64,000 nucleotides of DNA from Chthoniobacteraceae bacterium (GTDB lineage: Bacteria; Verrucomicrobiota; Verrucomicrobiia; Chthoniobacterales; Chthoniobacteraceae): contig JANNWY010000095.1 in assembly GCA_031409335.1 (NCBI GenBank), positions 1-64,000 of the forward strand, in the 5' to 3' direction. Position 1 is the first letter of the stretch, and each line of letters starts with the position of its first letter. The translations under genes and the position numbers were made by a program. The notes under the pieces are model-generated. The model ran no database searches. It was not told the DNA's origin and saw only the letters and a list, made by a program, of their open reading frames with translations. Shown here piece by piece: positions 1 to 9,664 of the stretch.

Positions 1-969
1 GCCTGCAACTATGAGGAAGAGGATCGGCGGGATCGCGCCAATCGGTTCGTGATCGATGCCTTCAACGGGCGCGTGGATGCCATTCTCAGCCGCACCAAGC
101 ACGATAACTACGGGACTTTGGAACGAGAGATTCGCGACGCCTTCAGCGTAGTGAACTTGAATGGGTTGGTCTTTCGCGACGCGCGCATTCTTCCTGCCTA
201 TCTCGACGCGCGTCTTGCCGAGCTGAAGTGGGCCGTGGTCGTCCAGGAGCCGAGGCTCAAAGAACGAGAAGAGCAGCGCGCGATTCAGGAGCGGATTCGC
301 GAAGAGGAAAAGGCGCGGCGCGAATATGAGCGAGCGATGCAAGAGGCCGCGCGCGAAGAAGCCGCGATCAAGCAAGCGATGGACAAAGCGCGTGCCGAAG
401 CCGAGCACGCCAGCGCTGGCGAACGGGCCAAGTTGGAAGCCGAACTGGCCGAACTCACGCAGCGCCTCGCGGAGGCCGAAGCAAAAGGCCAGCGCGCGCT
501 TTCAATGGCCCAGCAGACCCGCGCCGGAAACGTCTATGTGATTTCAAACGTCGGCTCTTTCGGCGACGACGTGCTCAAGATCGGCATGACACGCCGCCTC
601 GTTCCGGAAGATCGCATCAAGGAACTCGGCGATGCTTCGGTGCCCTTTGGTTTCGATGTCCATGCCATGATCCGAAGCGAGGATGCGCCGGGCCTCGAAA
701 GCATGCTTCACTCGGCTTTCGACGATGCGCGAATCAACAAGGTGAACTACCGGAAAGAGTTCTTTCGCATTCCGCTGGAACGCATTCGCACCTTCACCGC
801 CGAGAAAGGACTGGAAGTGACCTTCACCATGGCTGGCGATGCCCGCGAATATCGCGAGACATTGGCGCTCGAGAAAATGACTCCGGAAGAGCGGGAGAAG
901 TATCACCTGCGGCAGAGTGCGGAGAAAGAAATGCTCGCCGAGGAAGCAGCCGGACTTTCCGGGGAATGA
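1..969 (+). CDS. DUF4041 / T5orf172 (GIY-YIG-like, MUG113) domain protein, 5'-truncated by the window edge
   Basis: Frame is open from base 1. Long coiled-coil followed by GNVYVISNVGSFGDDVLKIGMTRR...DASVPFGFDVHA...RKEFF, typical of the T5orf172/MUG113 C-terminal domain. Confidence 0.85.
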   Translation, partial: ACNYEEEDRRDRANRFVIDAFNGRVDAILSRTKHDNYGTLEREIRDAFSVVNLNGLVFRDARILPAYLDARLAELKWAVVVQEPRLKEREEQRAIQERIREEEKARREYERAMQEAAREEAAIKQAMDKARAEAEHASAGERAKLEAELAELTQRLAEAEAKGQRALSMAQQTRAGNVYVISNVGSFGDDVLKIGMTRRLVPEDRIKELGDASVPFGFDVHAMIRSEDAPGLESMLHSAFDDARINKVNYRKEFFRIPLERIRTFTAEKGLEVTFTMAGDAREYRETLALEKMTPEEREKYHLRQSAEKEMLAEEAAGLSGE

Positions 970-990
970 TGACCTATTCGAGCTTGAGGA

Positions 991-1746
991 ATGAGTGCGA
1001 CCGCTAGTGAAACGAGCGACGAAGCAAAACGCCTCGGCTTTCTCGATGTCGCGGTGTTGGTGCTCTCGCTCTACGTGCTCGCCGCGCTGCTCGCGGAGAC
1101 GTGCTTCGCGCTGCCGCCGGCGGTCAGCGCGCTCCTCCAGCGCGTCGATCTCGCGGTCTGCCTCTTTTTTCTCGCCGACTTCGGCATCCGTTTCCGCCGC
1201 GCGCCTTCGAAGCTCGCGTTCCTTCGCTGGGGCTGGATCGACCTGCTCGCGAGCATTCCGGCCTACGACTTCCTGCGCTGGGGCCGGCTCGTGCGTGTGG
1301 TGCGGATCATCCGGGTGCTGCGCGCCTTTCGTTCCGCGCGGCATCTCGCCGTGGTGCTCTACCGCACCCGCACCCGCAGCCTCGCGTTCACCGCGATCCT
1401 CACGACCTTCCTGCTCGTTACGTTTTCCTCGGTCGCGATCCTTGTCTTCGAAACGGACGCGCAGTCGAACATCCGCACGCCCTTCGACGCGCTCTGGTGG
1501 GCCATCTCGACGATGACCACCGTCGGCTATGGCGACAAATTTCCCGTGACCGTGGAAGGCAAGGTCGTCGCGATGATCCTGATGATCATGGGCGTCGGCC
1601 TCTTCGGCGTCCTCACCGGCTTGTTCGCGCGGTTGTTTGTGGCGCCCGACTTGAAGCGGGAAGATGCGGACATAGCCGCGCTGACAGCGGAGGTCCGCGC
1701 GCTGCGCGAGCGTCTCGAAAAGAATTTGCGTGAACCCAAGGCGTGA
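991..1746 (+). CDS. Voltage-gated-type potassium channel (ion transporter)
   Basis: Multiple TM segments, Arg-rich S4 (RLVRVVRIIRVLR), selectivity filter TTVGYGD, GAGGA SD upstream. Confidence 0.92.
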   Translation: MSATASETSDEAKRLGFLDVAVLVLSLYVLAALLAETCFALPPAVSALLQRVDLAVCLFFLADFGIRFRRAPSKLAFLRWGWIDLLASIPAYDFLRWGRLVRVVRIIRVLRAFRSARHLAVVLYRTRTRSLAFTAILTTFLLVTFSSVAILVFETDAQSNIRTPFDALWWAISTMTTVGYGDKFPVTVEGKVVAMILMIMGVGLFGVLTGLFARLFVAPDLKREDADIAALTAEVRALRERLEKNLREPKA

Positions 1747-1802
1747 GAGGCGACCCCATCGGCGCTGCCGAATTGCAGACACCGACGGGGCATTTCCTCC
1801 TC

Positions 1803-2235
1803 TCAATCGGCGAGCGCGTAGCGGCAGAAGAAGCCGTTCGGCTCCTCCGCTTCGCCGGCGCCATCGTCCGGCTCGTTGAGCGCTTCGAGCCTTGGCAGTT
1901 CGGCTTCGATTAGGCGCGAGAGCACTTCGACGGGCGGGGCGACCGCCAGCTCGTCGCCGGCCTGTTTGCGCGCGACGAGTTCAGCGAGCGCGGCACGCAC
2001 GCGGGCTTCGTCGAGCACGCTCTCCACGAGTTGTGCGAAGAGCATCGGCAACCTGGCCGAGCTGGCGCTCGATTCAGCGGCACGCGAGCAGCGGCGGGTT
2101 GCTCTTGCGGAGCAGGCGCAGCGCCTTGCGCAGCTCCCAGCCGCTCACGTCGAGTCGTCGGCGATGGGCTGTTCGATGATGTCGCGCCGGTCCTCGACCG
2201 AGAGATACCAGTTGCGCCGGTGGAGGCAGCAGTTG
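1803..2235 (-). pseudogene. Decayed nucleotidyltransferase (YcgL / Pol-beta-like 'Nuc-transf' family)
   Basis: Family-typical fragments lie in different frames: HRRNWYLSVEDRRDIIEQPI, LDVSGWELRKALRLLRKSNPPLL, and PMLFAQLV...LVARKQAGDE. The N-terminus and the middle are missing. Confidence 0.75.
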
Positions 2236-2366
2236 CGAAGACTCGTATTTGCCCGCCACCGAGGAAGCACCGACGAATATTTCGGCGTGAGGCGCACCTT
2301 GGCGGGGCCCGCGCCCGGCACCGTTGACATCGCGCGGGTGCGCCCCGATGCTTCGCGCCCTTTCAC

Positions 2367-4157
2367 ATGAACGCACCCATTTCCTGGATCGAATGCCCCG
2401 CGTGGGAACTCGATTTTTTCGCCCTTCCTCACCTTATTCCATGGCCCTCCGACGTCCCCGCGGAGAACGCGACCAAGGTGCCATTCGACGCGCCGAGTCT
2501 GCTGCGCGCGATCGAGACTTTGGAGGAAACGGATCCCGCGTCCGCGGGTCCGTGGACGGGTTTTTTGAATGCGGCGGAGCACATTCAGGAGCTGAACGAA
2601 GCGCTCCAGGATAGTGAATACGTGCAGGCCACCGAGTTGCTCGACAAGATCGAAGCCGCGCATCCCGGCACGCCATTTCGGCTTTTCCACGCGGCATTCA
2701 TCGAGCGGCAGAATGGCCGCGACGCCGAGGCGCTGGCGATGTACGAAGTCGCCGCGCAAAAGGCGCCGGCGCTCGGTTTCCTGTGGTCGCACGCGGGCGG
2801 GATGCTCGGTGAAGCCGGACGCCGCGATGAGGCGATCGCGGCTTTCAAGACCGCGCTGCAATCGAATCCGAATGACCAAATCGCGCTGGAAGGGCTCGTG
2901 CAATTTCGCGTCGCCGTGAAACTGCTGCGCGATCCGAAGGATCAGAAATCGGTCATCTATGTGCCGGTCGAGCAATACCGCGGCATGGTGGCGCAACAAA
3001 TCGAGCAACTCACCAAGGAGCCCGATAAACTCGTCGCATTTGGCGAACACATGCTCCGCGAGGGACTCGTGCCGGAGATCGGCGTGCAGGCGCTGGAAAA
3101 GGCGCTCGAACTCCGCCCCGATCACGCCCGCACGATGGTCTCCCTCGGCGCGGCGTATCGGATGAGCGGGAACAATGAACGCGCGATCGAGCTGCTCCGC
3201 CGCGTCACGGAAATCGAACCGCAAAATGCGTGGGGATTTTTTCATCTCGCGCAGGCATTCAATGCCGCGGGCGACAAGGCGGGCGAGACGCAGGCGCTCG
3301 ACGACGTGCTCACGCGCGATCCGAATTTTCAGCAGGCGATCGGCATTCGTTTTGGCATCGATCCGGCCAATCCGAGCAAGGAAGTCGAGGATCGCATCGC
3401 CGCATTTGCCGCGGAGCGGAATTCGTGGATGGCATTCCTCGTCGCAAGCAGCCTCGCGCGGGATCGGAAAGATTTTGCGACGGCGCAGCAGTGGGCCGAG
3501 CGCGCCTACGCGATCAATCCCGAAGCGGAGGAAGTGCTCCTGCATTACTCCTCCATCCTCGCGGACAACAAAGACGGCGAAAAACTCGCCGAGGCGATCG
3601 AGCCCGCGGTGCGTCGCGGAAAATATTCCAAGCGGCTCGACTGGAACTACGCGCAGGCGCTTCACGCGCTGGACCGCACGACCGGCGCGATCGCCCTGCT
3701 GCGCGACGCGGCGGCGTCCGAAGGCGCGCCCGCCGATTTCAAGCAAGCGGCCGCCGTGACGATCGACTTCTGGAAAGGCCTGCTCGCCAATGGCGGCCTC
3801 CAGCTCGAAACCCACCGCGCCGGAGCCCTGCGCCGGCCCGTGCTGCTGACGCTCGATGATGGCGACGGCGGCGTGATTCTCGGTGGTGCCAAACCGCTTC
3901 CCGCCGAGCACCGTTTTCCCTTCCGCACCCGCGCCGCCGGGGACACTCAGGTCGCGATCCGCTTTCAGCAGGGCCAGTCGGGTGGAAATCCCGCGCCGCG
4001 CGACTTGGGAACTTTCACTGTGTCGGGCATCCGCGCGTCCTCGACCGGCCACACGAATATCGAATGTTACGCCGGAGCAACTCCCGAGGGTGAGCTGCGG
4101 ATGGGCTCGATGCAAGACGGGCGCAAGCTCGCGGTCGCGTGGTCTCCGCCGGCGTAG
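2367..4157 (+). CDS. Tetratricopeptide-repeat protein with C-terminal Hsp70 substrate-binding-like beta domain
   Basis: Many TPR-like helical pairs (ALEKALELRPDH, LLRRVTEIEPQN). The C-terminus resembles the DnaK SBD-beta. Candidate TTGACA-N17-GATGCT promoter near 2324. Confidence 0.8.
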   Translation: MNAPISWIECPAWELDFFALPHLIPWPSDVPAENATKVPFDAPSLLRAIETLEETDPASAGPWTGFLNAAEHIQELNEALQDSEYVQATELLDKIEAAHPGTPFRLFHAAFIERQNGRDAEALAMYEVAAQKAPALGFLWSHAGGMLGEAGRRDEAIAAFKTALQSNPNDQIALEGLVQFRVAVKLLRDPKDQKSVIYVPVEQYRGMVAQQIEQLTKEPDKLVAFGEHMLREGLVPEIGVQALEKALELRPDHARTMVSLGAAYRMSGNNERAIELLRRVTEIEPQNAWGFFHLAQAFNAAGDKAGETQALDDVLTRDPNFQQAIGIRFGIDPANPSKEVEDRIAAFAAERNSWMAFLVASSLARDRKDFATAQQWAERAYAINPEAEEVLLHYSSILADNKDGEKLAEAIEPAVRRGKYSKRLDWNYAQALHALDRTTGAIALLRDAAASEGAPADFKQAAAVTIDFWKGLLANGGLQLETHRAGALRRPVLLTLDDGDGGVILGGAKPLPAEHRFPFRTRAAGDTQVAIRFQQGQSGGNPAPRDLGTFTVSGIRASSTGHTNIECYAGATPEGELRMGSMQDGRKLAVAWSPPA

Positions 4158-4212
4158 CCATCGCATCCACCATTCACTGGCGGGGCGCGCGCCGCGTGCC
4201 ATAGTCGGACGC

Positions 4213-5283
4213 ATGTTCCTCCCCAAAACGCTGAAGGCCATCGCGCTCGCCTCGCTCTTTGGCGCGTCCGCGTCCGCGTTCGATATCCAACTCGATGCGA
4301 GCCCCGGCCTTTCCGCGAATCCCGCCGCGCTCAGCGCCTTCGAGCGCGCCGCCGCCGCATGGGAAGCGCGGATCGCGGACCCCATCACCATCGTCATCAA
4401 AGCCGATCTCGAACCGCTCGGTCCTGCCATCATCGGCTCGACCAGCAGCATCTACCTTTCCGGTGATAACTTCGCAGAAATCCGCGACGCCATGGCGGCG
4501 GACGATCTCGCGGAAGGCGGCACGCTCGGCCAGTTCCTGCCGACTTTCGCGCAGCTCAATGTCGTGCTGCCCGCGGGACGGACGGTCTTCAACAGCATGT
4601 CCGCGACGCAGGCAAACTTGAAGGCGCTCGGCTTCCCCAGTTCGCTGCTCGAAATCATTTCCGGCCACCGCGAAGACGCGACGATCAGCTTCAGCACAAA
4701 TTTCAACTTCGACTTCGACAGCTCCGACGGCGTCGGCGTCGGCCTCGTCGATTTCCAAACCGCCGCCACGCACGAACTCGCGCACGCGCTCGGCTTCGTC
4801 TCCGCCGTCGATAACATCGACTACACCACCGTCGCGGAGTATTCGCGGATATACCTGAATCCGCTCGATCTTTTCCGCTTCGGAAATGTCCCCGGCGCCG
4901 ATCCCGCGACCCCCGCCGATTTCACCACTTTCGCGCGCGATCTCAGGCCCGGTTTCGCGGCCCACTTCGACGACCTCATCAACGAATTTGAAATGGCCAC
5001 TGGGTTCAATGGCGGTGACGGCAGGCAGGCGAGTCATTGGAAAGATGACCAACTCACCGGCACCATCGTCATCGACGAAAACGGCTACCACTATGAGCCC
5101 GGCATCCTCATCGGCATCATGGATCCGACGCTCGATTTCGGCGTCTCGTACGGTCCCTCCGAAGCCGATTTCGCGCTGCTCGACGCCATCGGCTACCAGA
5201 TTCTCCCGGCCATTCCCGAGCCATCCGCTGCGCTGCTCGCGCTGCTCGGCGGCGCCACTTTTTTGCGCCGTCGCCGGGGATAG
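4213..5283 (+). CDS. Secreted zinc metalloprotease (NF038122-like) with PEP-CTERM sorting signal
   Basis: Signal peptide, HELAHALGF zincin motif, QASHWKD and GIMDPT motifs, C-terminal IPEPS-TM-RRRR. Confidence 0.88.
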   Translation: MFLPKTLKAIALASLFGASASAFDIQLDASPGLSANPAALSAFERAAAAWEARIADPITIVIKADLEPLGPAIIGSTSSIYLSGDNFAEIRDAMAADDLAEGGTLGQFLPTFAQLNVVLPAGRTVFNSMSATQANLKALGFPSSLLEIISGHREDATISFSTNFNFDFDSSDGVGVGLVDFQTAATHELAHALGFVSAVDNIDYTTVAEYSRIYLNPLDLFRFGNVPGADPATPADFTTFARDLRPGFAAHFDDLINEFEMATGFNGGDGRQASHWKDDQLTGTIVIDENGYHYEPGILIGIMDPTLDFGVSYGPSEADFALLDAIGYQILPAIPEPSAALLALLGGATFLRRRRG

Positions 5284-5338
5284 CGCGGGCCGTTGACACA
5301 GCCGGAGCGCTGTTCAACTATGCCGCCCCTTTTTCCAA

Positions 5339-6559
5339 ATGAGTCTGATCGTCCAGAAATACGGCGGCACATCCGTCGGCAATCCCGAGCGCATCCTGAA
5401 TGTCGCGCGGCGGGTGATCGCCACGCAGGAAGCCGGACATCAGGTCGTGGTGGTCGTGTCCGCGATGAGCGGCGTGACGGATGGGCTGATCAAACTCGCG
5501 CGCGACGTTTCGCCGAGTCCGAGCGAGCGCGAGATGGACGTGCTGCTTTCCACTGGCGAGCAGACGACGATCGCGCTCACCGCGATGGCCATTCACGGGC
5601 TCGGGAAAAAAGCGGTGTCCCTCACCGGCGCGCAGGCTGGCATCATCACCGACGGCGTTCACACGCGGGCGAAGATCGCGAACATCACGCCGAAGCAAAT
5701 CCACAAACACCTCGACGAGGGCAACGTCGTCATCGTCGCCGGCTTTCAGGGCGAGACCACGGACGGGCGCATCACCACGCTCGGTCGCGGCGGCTCCGAT
5801 CTCACCGCGATCGCCATCGCCGCGGCGATCAAGGCCGACGTTTGCCAGATCTATACCGACGTGGACGGCGTCTATACCTGCGATCCGCGCATCGTTCCGA
5901 ATGCCACGAAGATCGACGTGATCAGCTACGACGAGATGCTCGAAATGGCATCCAGCGGATCGAAGGTCATGCAGTCGCGCTCGGTCGAGTTTGCAAAAAA
6001 ATTTGGCGTCGTCTTTGAAGTCCGCAGCAGCTTTAACAACAACCCTGGAACCCTCGTGAAGGAGGAACACATGAGCATGGAAAATGTCGTCGTACGCGGC
6101 GTCAGCATCGAAAAAAATCAGGCCAAAGTCACCATCCGCCAGGTCCCCGACCAGCCCGGCACTGCCGCGAAAATCTTCAGCGCGCTTGCCGGTGCGAACA
6201 TCAGCATCGACATGATCGTGCAGAGCGAAACGCTCGGTGACACCAACGACATTTCCTTCACGCTGAACAAGGACGAACTCCCCAAAGCCCAAAAAGCTCT
6301 CGCCGGTCCGGTGAAAGAACTCGGCGCAAAAGAAATCTCGACGCTCGATGGCATCGCCAAACTCAGCATCGTCGGCATCGGCATGCGCTCGCACAGCGGA
6401 GTCGCGGCGAAACTTTTCGAAGCCCTGAGCGTCGGCGGGATCAACATCCAGCTCATCTCCACGAGCGAAATCAAAACCGCCGTCATCATCGACGAATCCA
6501 GAATTGTCGAAGCCGCGAACCTCGCGCACGAGGCGTTTGGCTTGAGCAAGGGGCGGTAA
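5339..6559 (+). CDS. lysC: Aspartate kinase (two ACT domains)
   Basis: VQKYGGTSV, TTLGRGGSD, YTDVDG, ISTSEIK motifs. Confidence 0.96.
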   Translation: MSLIVQKYGGTSVGNPERILNVARRVIATQEAGHQVVVVVSAMSGVTDGLIKLARDVSPSPSEREMDVLLSTGEQTTIALTAMAIHGLGKKAVSLTGAQAGIITDGVHTRAKIANITPKQIHKHLDEGNVVIVAGFQGETTDGRITTLGRGGSDLTAIAIAAAIKADVCQIYTDVDGVYTCDPRIVPNATKIDVISYDEMLEMASSGSKVMQSRSVEFAKKFGVVFEVRSSFNNNPGTLVKEEHMSMENVVVRGVSIEKNQAKVTIRQVPDQPGTAAKIFSALAGANISIDMIVQSETLGDTNDISFTLNKDELPKAQKALAGPVKELGAKEISTLDGIAKLSIVGIGMRSHSGVAAKLFEALSVGGINIQLISTSEIKTAVIIDESRIVEAANLAHEAFGLSKGR

Positions 6560-6668
6560 AGCGAGCGCCCCGCGCCCGCTATTCCCAGCGGGTCGCGCCA
6601 TCGCGCAGATTCAGCCCAACGACCCGCTGGCTGCGCTGGTGCAGCCAGACGTGATGGGTGTGAACAAA

Positions 6669-6879
6669 CCTAAAAACGGCGCCGGAGATTGCCGCGGAGA
6701 ACTCGGAGGACGCGGAAAACGCGGAAGAGGAGGGACTTCGCTGCGAAGCGGCAGAGACGATCGCATTCACCGGATGGGTGAGATCGAGTTGGTTTCGGGT
6801 GTGCCATCCAAATTACTACTCCTCTGCGTCTTCCGCGTTTTCCGCGTCCTCCGTGGCAATTCCCATCGCCTTTTCTAGG
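6669..6879. repeat. MITE/REP-like inverted-repeat element
   Basis: Perfect 25-bp inverted arms at 6704-6728 and 6829-6853 (CGGAGGACGCGGAAAACGCGGAAGA), plus imperfect outer arms CCTAAAAACGGCG...CGCCTTTTCTAGG. Confidence 0.75.
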
Positions 6880-7142
6880 ATAAAGGCGGCGCGGAAGGAG
6901 AGGGGCGAATGCTATATATAATATAATTTATACTTTTTTCGGCATCTGGTTAAATAGCCCTACCCATGAATCAGGGCTCGCGATCCGTTGCGATTTCGCT
7001 TTACGGCGTGTAGGACGCGCGCCTATCTGTGGGCGTTTCGGTCGAGCAGTGGCCAAAGAATAACACCGGGCTTCGATTTATCCGGTGGCTCCGCTGCCGC
7101 ACTGGAACGTCAACACAACTTTTACCCTGTAGAAACTTCGGA

Positions 7143-8186
7143 ATGCTTAATGGATTATTTGGGCTGTTTTCAAACGACATTGGGATCGATTTAGGAACCG
7201 CGAATACACTCGTCTATGTGAAGGACCACGGCATCGTGCTCCGCGAGCCGTCGGTCGTGGCGGTGCAGGCGGGGACGAACCGCGTGCTTTCCGTGGGCGA
7301 TGAGGCGAAGCGAATGCTCGGGCGCACGCCGGGGAATATTATCGCGATTCGTCCGCTCAAGGACGGAGTCATCGCGGACTTCGAGATCACCGAGGCGATG
7401 CTGCGGCACTTCATCCAGAAGGTGCATGGCAAGCGCACGTTCTTCCGCCCGCGTCCGCGGGTGGTGATTGCCGTGCCAAGTGGCATCACGGAGGTGGAAA
7501 AGCGCGCGGTGAAAGAGTCGGCGCTCCATGCCGGAGCGCGCGAGGTGCATCTGATCGAGGAGCCGATGGCGGCGGCGATCGGCTGCGGGCTGCCGGTGCA
7601 GGATGCGGCGGGGAATATGATCATCGACATCGGCGGCGGCACGACCGAGGTGGCGCTGATTTCGCTCAGCGGCATCGTCTTTTCGCGCAGTGTGCGGGTT
7701 GCGGGGGATGAGCTGGATGAGGCGATCATCCAGTACATGAAGCGGGCTTACAATTTGATGATCGGCGAGCGCACGGCGGAGGACATCAAGATCAAGATCG
7801 GATCGGCGTATCCGATGGAAAAGGAGACGACGATGGAAGTGAAAGGCCGCGATCTCGTGGCCGGACTTCCAAAGACTTTAACCATTACCTCGCAGGAAGT
7901 GCGCGAGGCGTTGCTGGAGCCGATTTCGACGATCGTCGATTCCGTCCGGGTGACCCTCGAGCGCTGCCCGCCCGAACTTTCCGCTGACCTCGTTGACCGT
8001 GGGCTGGTGCTCGCGGGCGGCGGGGCGTTGTTGCGCGGACTCGATCGTTTGCTCACCGAAGAAACAGGACTCCCGGTTCATGTGGCCGAGGATCCGCTCA
8101 GCGCAGTCGCCGAAGGGACCGGCCGCGCATTGAGCGAGATCAAATTCCTGCGTCAGGTGGCGACGAGCGATTCGCGCTTTAACTAA
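7143..8186 (+). CDS. mreB: Rod shape-determining protein MreB
   Basis: [34 protein letters not shown] motifs. Confidence 0.97.
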   Translation: MLNGLFGLFSNDIGIDLGTANTLVYVKDHGIVLREPSVVAVQAGTNRVLSVGDEAKRMLGRTPGNIIAIRPLKDGVIADFEITEAMLRHFIQKVHGKRTFFRPRPRVVIAVPSGITEVEKRAVKESALHAGAREVHLIEEPMAAAIGCGLPVQDAAGNMIIDIGGGTTEVALISLSGIVFSRSVRVAGDELDEAIIQYMKRAYNLMIGERTAEDIKIKIGSAYPMEKETTMEVKGRDLVAGLPKTLTITSQEVREALLEPISTIVDSVRVTLERCPPELSADLVDRGLVLAGGGALLRGLDRLLTEETGLPVHVAEDPLSAVAEGTGRALSEIKFLRQVATSDSRFN

Positions 8187-8209
8187 TCGCGCGACATGAG
8201 TGACGGATT

Positions 8210-8292
8210 GTCGAAGGTCGAAGGCCGAAGGTCGAAGGCTATTGCACCGGCGCGGCGTCCGATCCTTCGACCTTCGACCTTCGACTTTCGAC
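8210..8292. repeat. Inverted heptamer-repeat hairpin (GTCGAAG)n ... (CTTCGAC)n
   Basis: About 4 units at 8210-8238 and about 4 complementary units at 8264-8292, between mreB and mreC. Confidence 0.8.
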
Positions 8293-8302
8293 CTGCTTCC
8301 CG

Positions 8303-9118
8303 ATGAAGCAGCGCATGCACATCGCCGCCGTGGTGGCGTTCGTGATCCTCGTCACGGTGACTTTCATCGTGCTCGGCCAGGGGCACACGACGCAGCGTTT
8401 GCAGTCGGCGTTTCTCGGGATGATCTCGCCTTTTCTCAAGCAGGGCTCGTCGCTCGACCGGAAGTACACGGAGATGCGCGAGGGTTTGAAATCATTGAAG
8501 CGGCTCGAGGAGGACAACAAGCGGCTGACCATCGCGAACAAGGATCTCAGCGCGACGAATCAGACGCTGCGCGACATGGAGGCGGAGAACAACAAGCTGC
8601 GCAACGCGCTCGGCTATCGTGAGCGCTCCGTGTTCAAGCTGATGCCAGCGCGCATCATCGCGCGCGATGCCGACACGTGGTATCAGACCGTCAAAATCGA
8701 CCGGGGAATGGCGGAGGGCGTGCGCAAAGACATGCCGGTGCTGACCGAGGAAGGGCTCGTGGGAAAGACGACCGTGGTTTCCGATCATGCCGCGACGGTG
8801 ATCCTGATTGCGGACGAAAACTGTGGCGTCGCGGCGAACATCGAGGGCAGCAATCACAAGGGAATCGTGCGCGGCGAACGCCTGCCGAATCGAGGCATCC
8901 CGGCGATCGGACTCGGCCTGCTTTCAAAGGATGCCAATCTCACGAGCGGGCAAAAAGTGTATTCGTCCGGCGTCGGCGGCGTCTTTCCGTCCGGCGTGCT
9001 GATCGGCGCGGTGAAGGAGTTCCAAGTCCGGCAGTTGGAGGGATACGCGACGCTCGTCCCCGCGGTCGATCTTACCACCATCGACGATGTTTTCGTCGTC
9101 ATCAGCGGGAGCAAATGA
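8303..9118 (+). CDS. mreC: Rod shape-determining protein MreC
   Basis: N-terminal TM, coiled coil, GLVGK and SGVGGVFPSG motifs; operon position. Confidence 0.93.
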   Translation: MKQRMHIAAVVAFVILVTVTFIVLGQGHTTQRLQSAFLGMISPFLKQGSSLDRKYTEMREGLKSLKRLEEDNKRLTIANKDLSATNQTLRDMEAENNKLRNALGYRERSVFKLMPARIIARDADTWYQTVKIDRGMAEGVRKDMPVLTEEGLVGKTTVVSDHAATVILIADENCGVAANIEGSNHKGIVRGERLPNRGIPAIGLGLLSKDANLTSGQKVYSSGVGGVFPSGVLIGAVKEFQVRQLEGYATLVPAVDLTTIDDVFVVISGSK

Positions 9119-9663
9119 TGTTCTTCGCCGTCCTCGTGCTCAGCATGTTCGTATCGCTGATCATCCAGCACTTCATCGGGCCGCTCCCGTACATCGAGGC
9201 GCGCGTGCTGCTCATGCCGATCATCATGTTTTACGGCGCGCTCGCGCTGCCGCTTCCCGGAATGCTCACGCTGACTTTTCTGGGCGGGCTCATGTGGGAC
9301 GCGCTCAACACCCAGCACGTGGACGCCGCCGTTGAAATCTCCGCGGGCTGGTCCATTATCCTGTTCGCCTCACTCGGCGCGATCATGAGCGGATTCCGTC
9401 CCCTGTTTTTACGCGGTCGTTGGGAAATTCACTGCCTGCTCACCGGCGTTTGCACGTCGGTGCTCGTGCTGGCGGAGTATTTGATGATCACGATTCGCCG
9501 GCAGCCGGTGCATTTTATTTTTAACGATGAAGTCTGGTGGCGCATCGGCGGCGCCGGGCTGGCCGCGGCGTTTCTCGCGCCGCTGATCTTTTTCATCTTC
9601 AACTACCTCGCCGCGCTCACCGGCTACGAATTGCAACCCGAGCGGCCCGAACCCAAAATCTGA
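9115..9663 (+). CDS. mreD: Rod shape-determining protein MreD
   Basis: Polytopic hydrophobic protein (GGLMWDAL) between mreC and mrdA; ATGA overlap with mreC. Confidence 0.8.
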   Translation: MMFFAVLVLSMFVSLIIQHFIGPLPYIEARVLLMPIIMFYGALALPLPGMLTLTFLGGLMWDALNTQHVDAAVEISAGWSIILFASLGAIMSGFRPLFLRGRWEIHCLLTGVCTSVLVLAEYLMITIRRQPVHFIFNDEVWWRIGGAGLAAAFLAPLIFFIFNYLAALTGYELQPERPEPKI

Positions 9664-9664
9664 G

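Noticed and set aside
5284..5338. Lysine riboswitch before lysC
   Set aside because: Only 55 bp of intergenic space; it holds a TTGACA promoter-like element instead.
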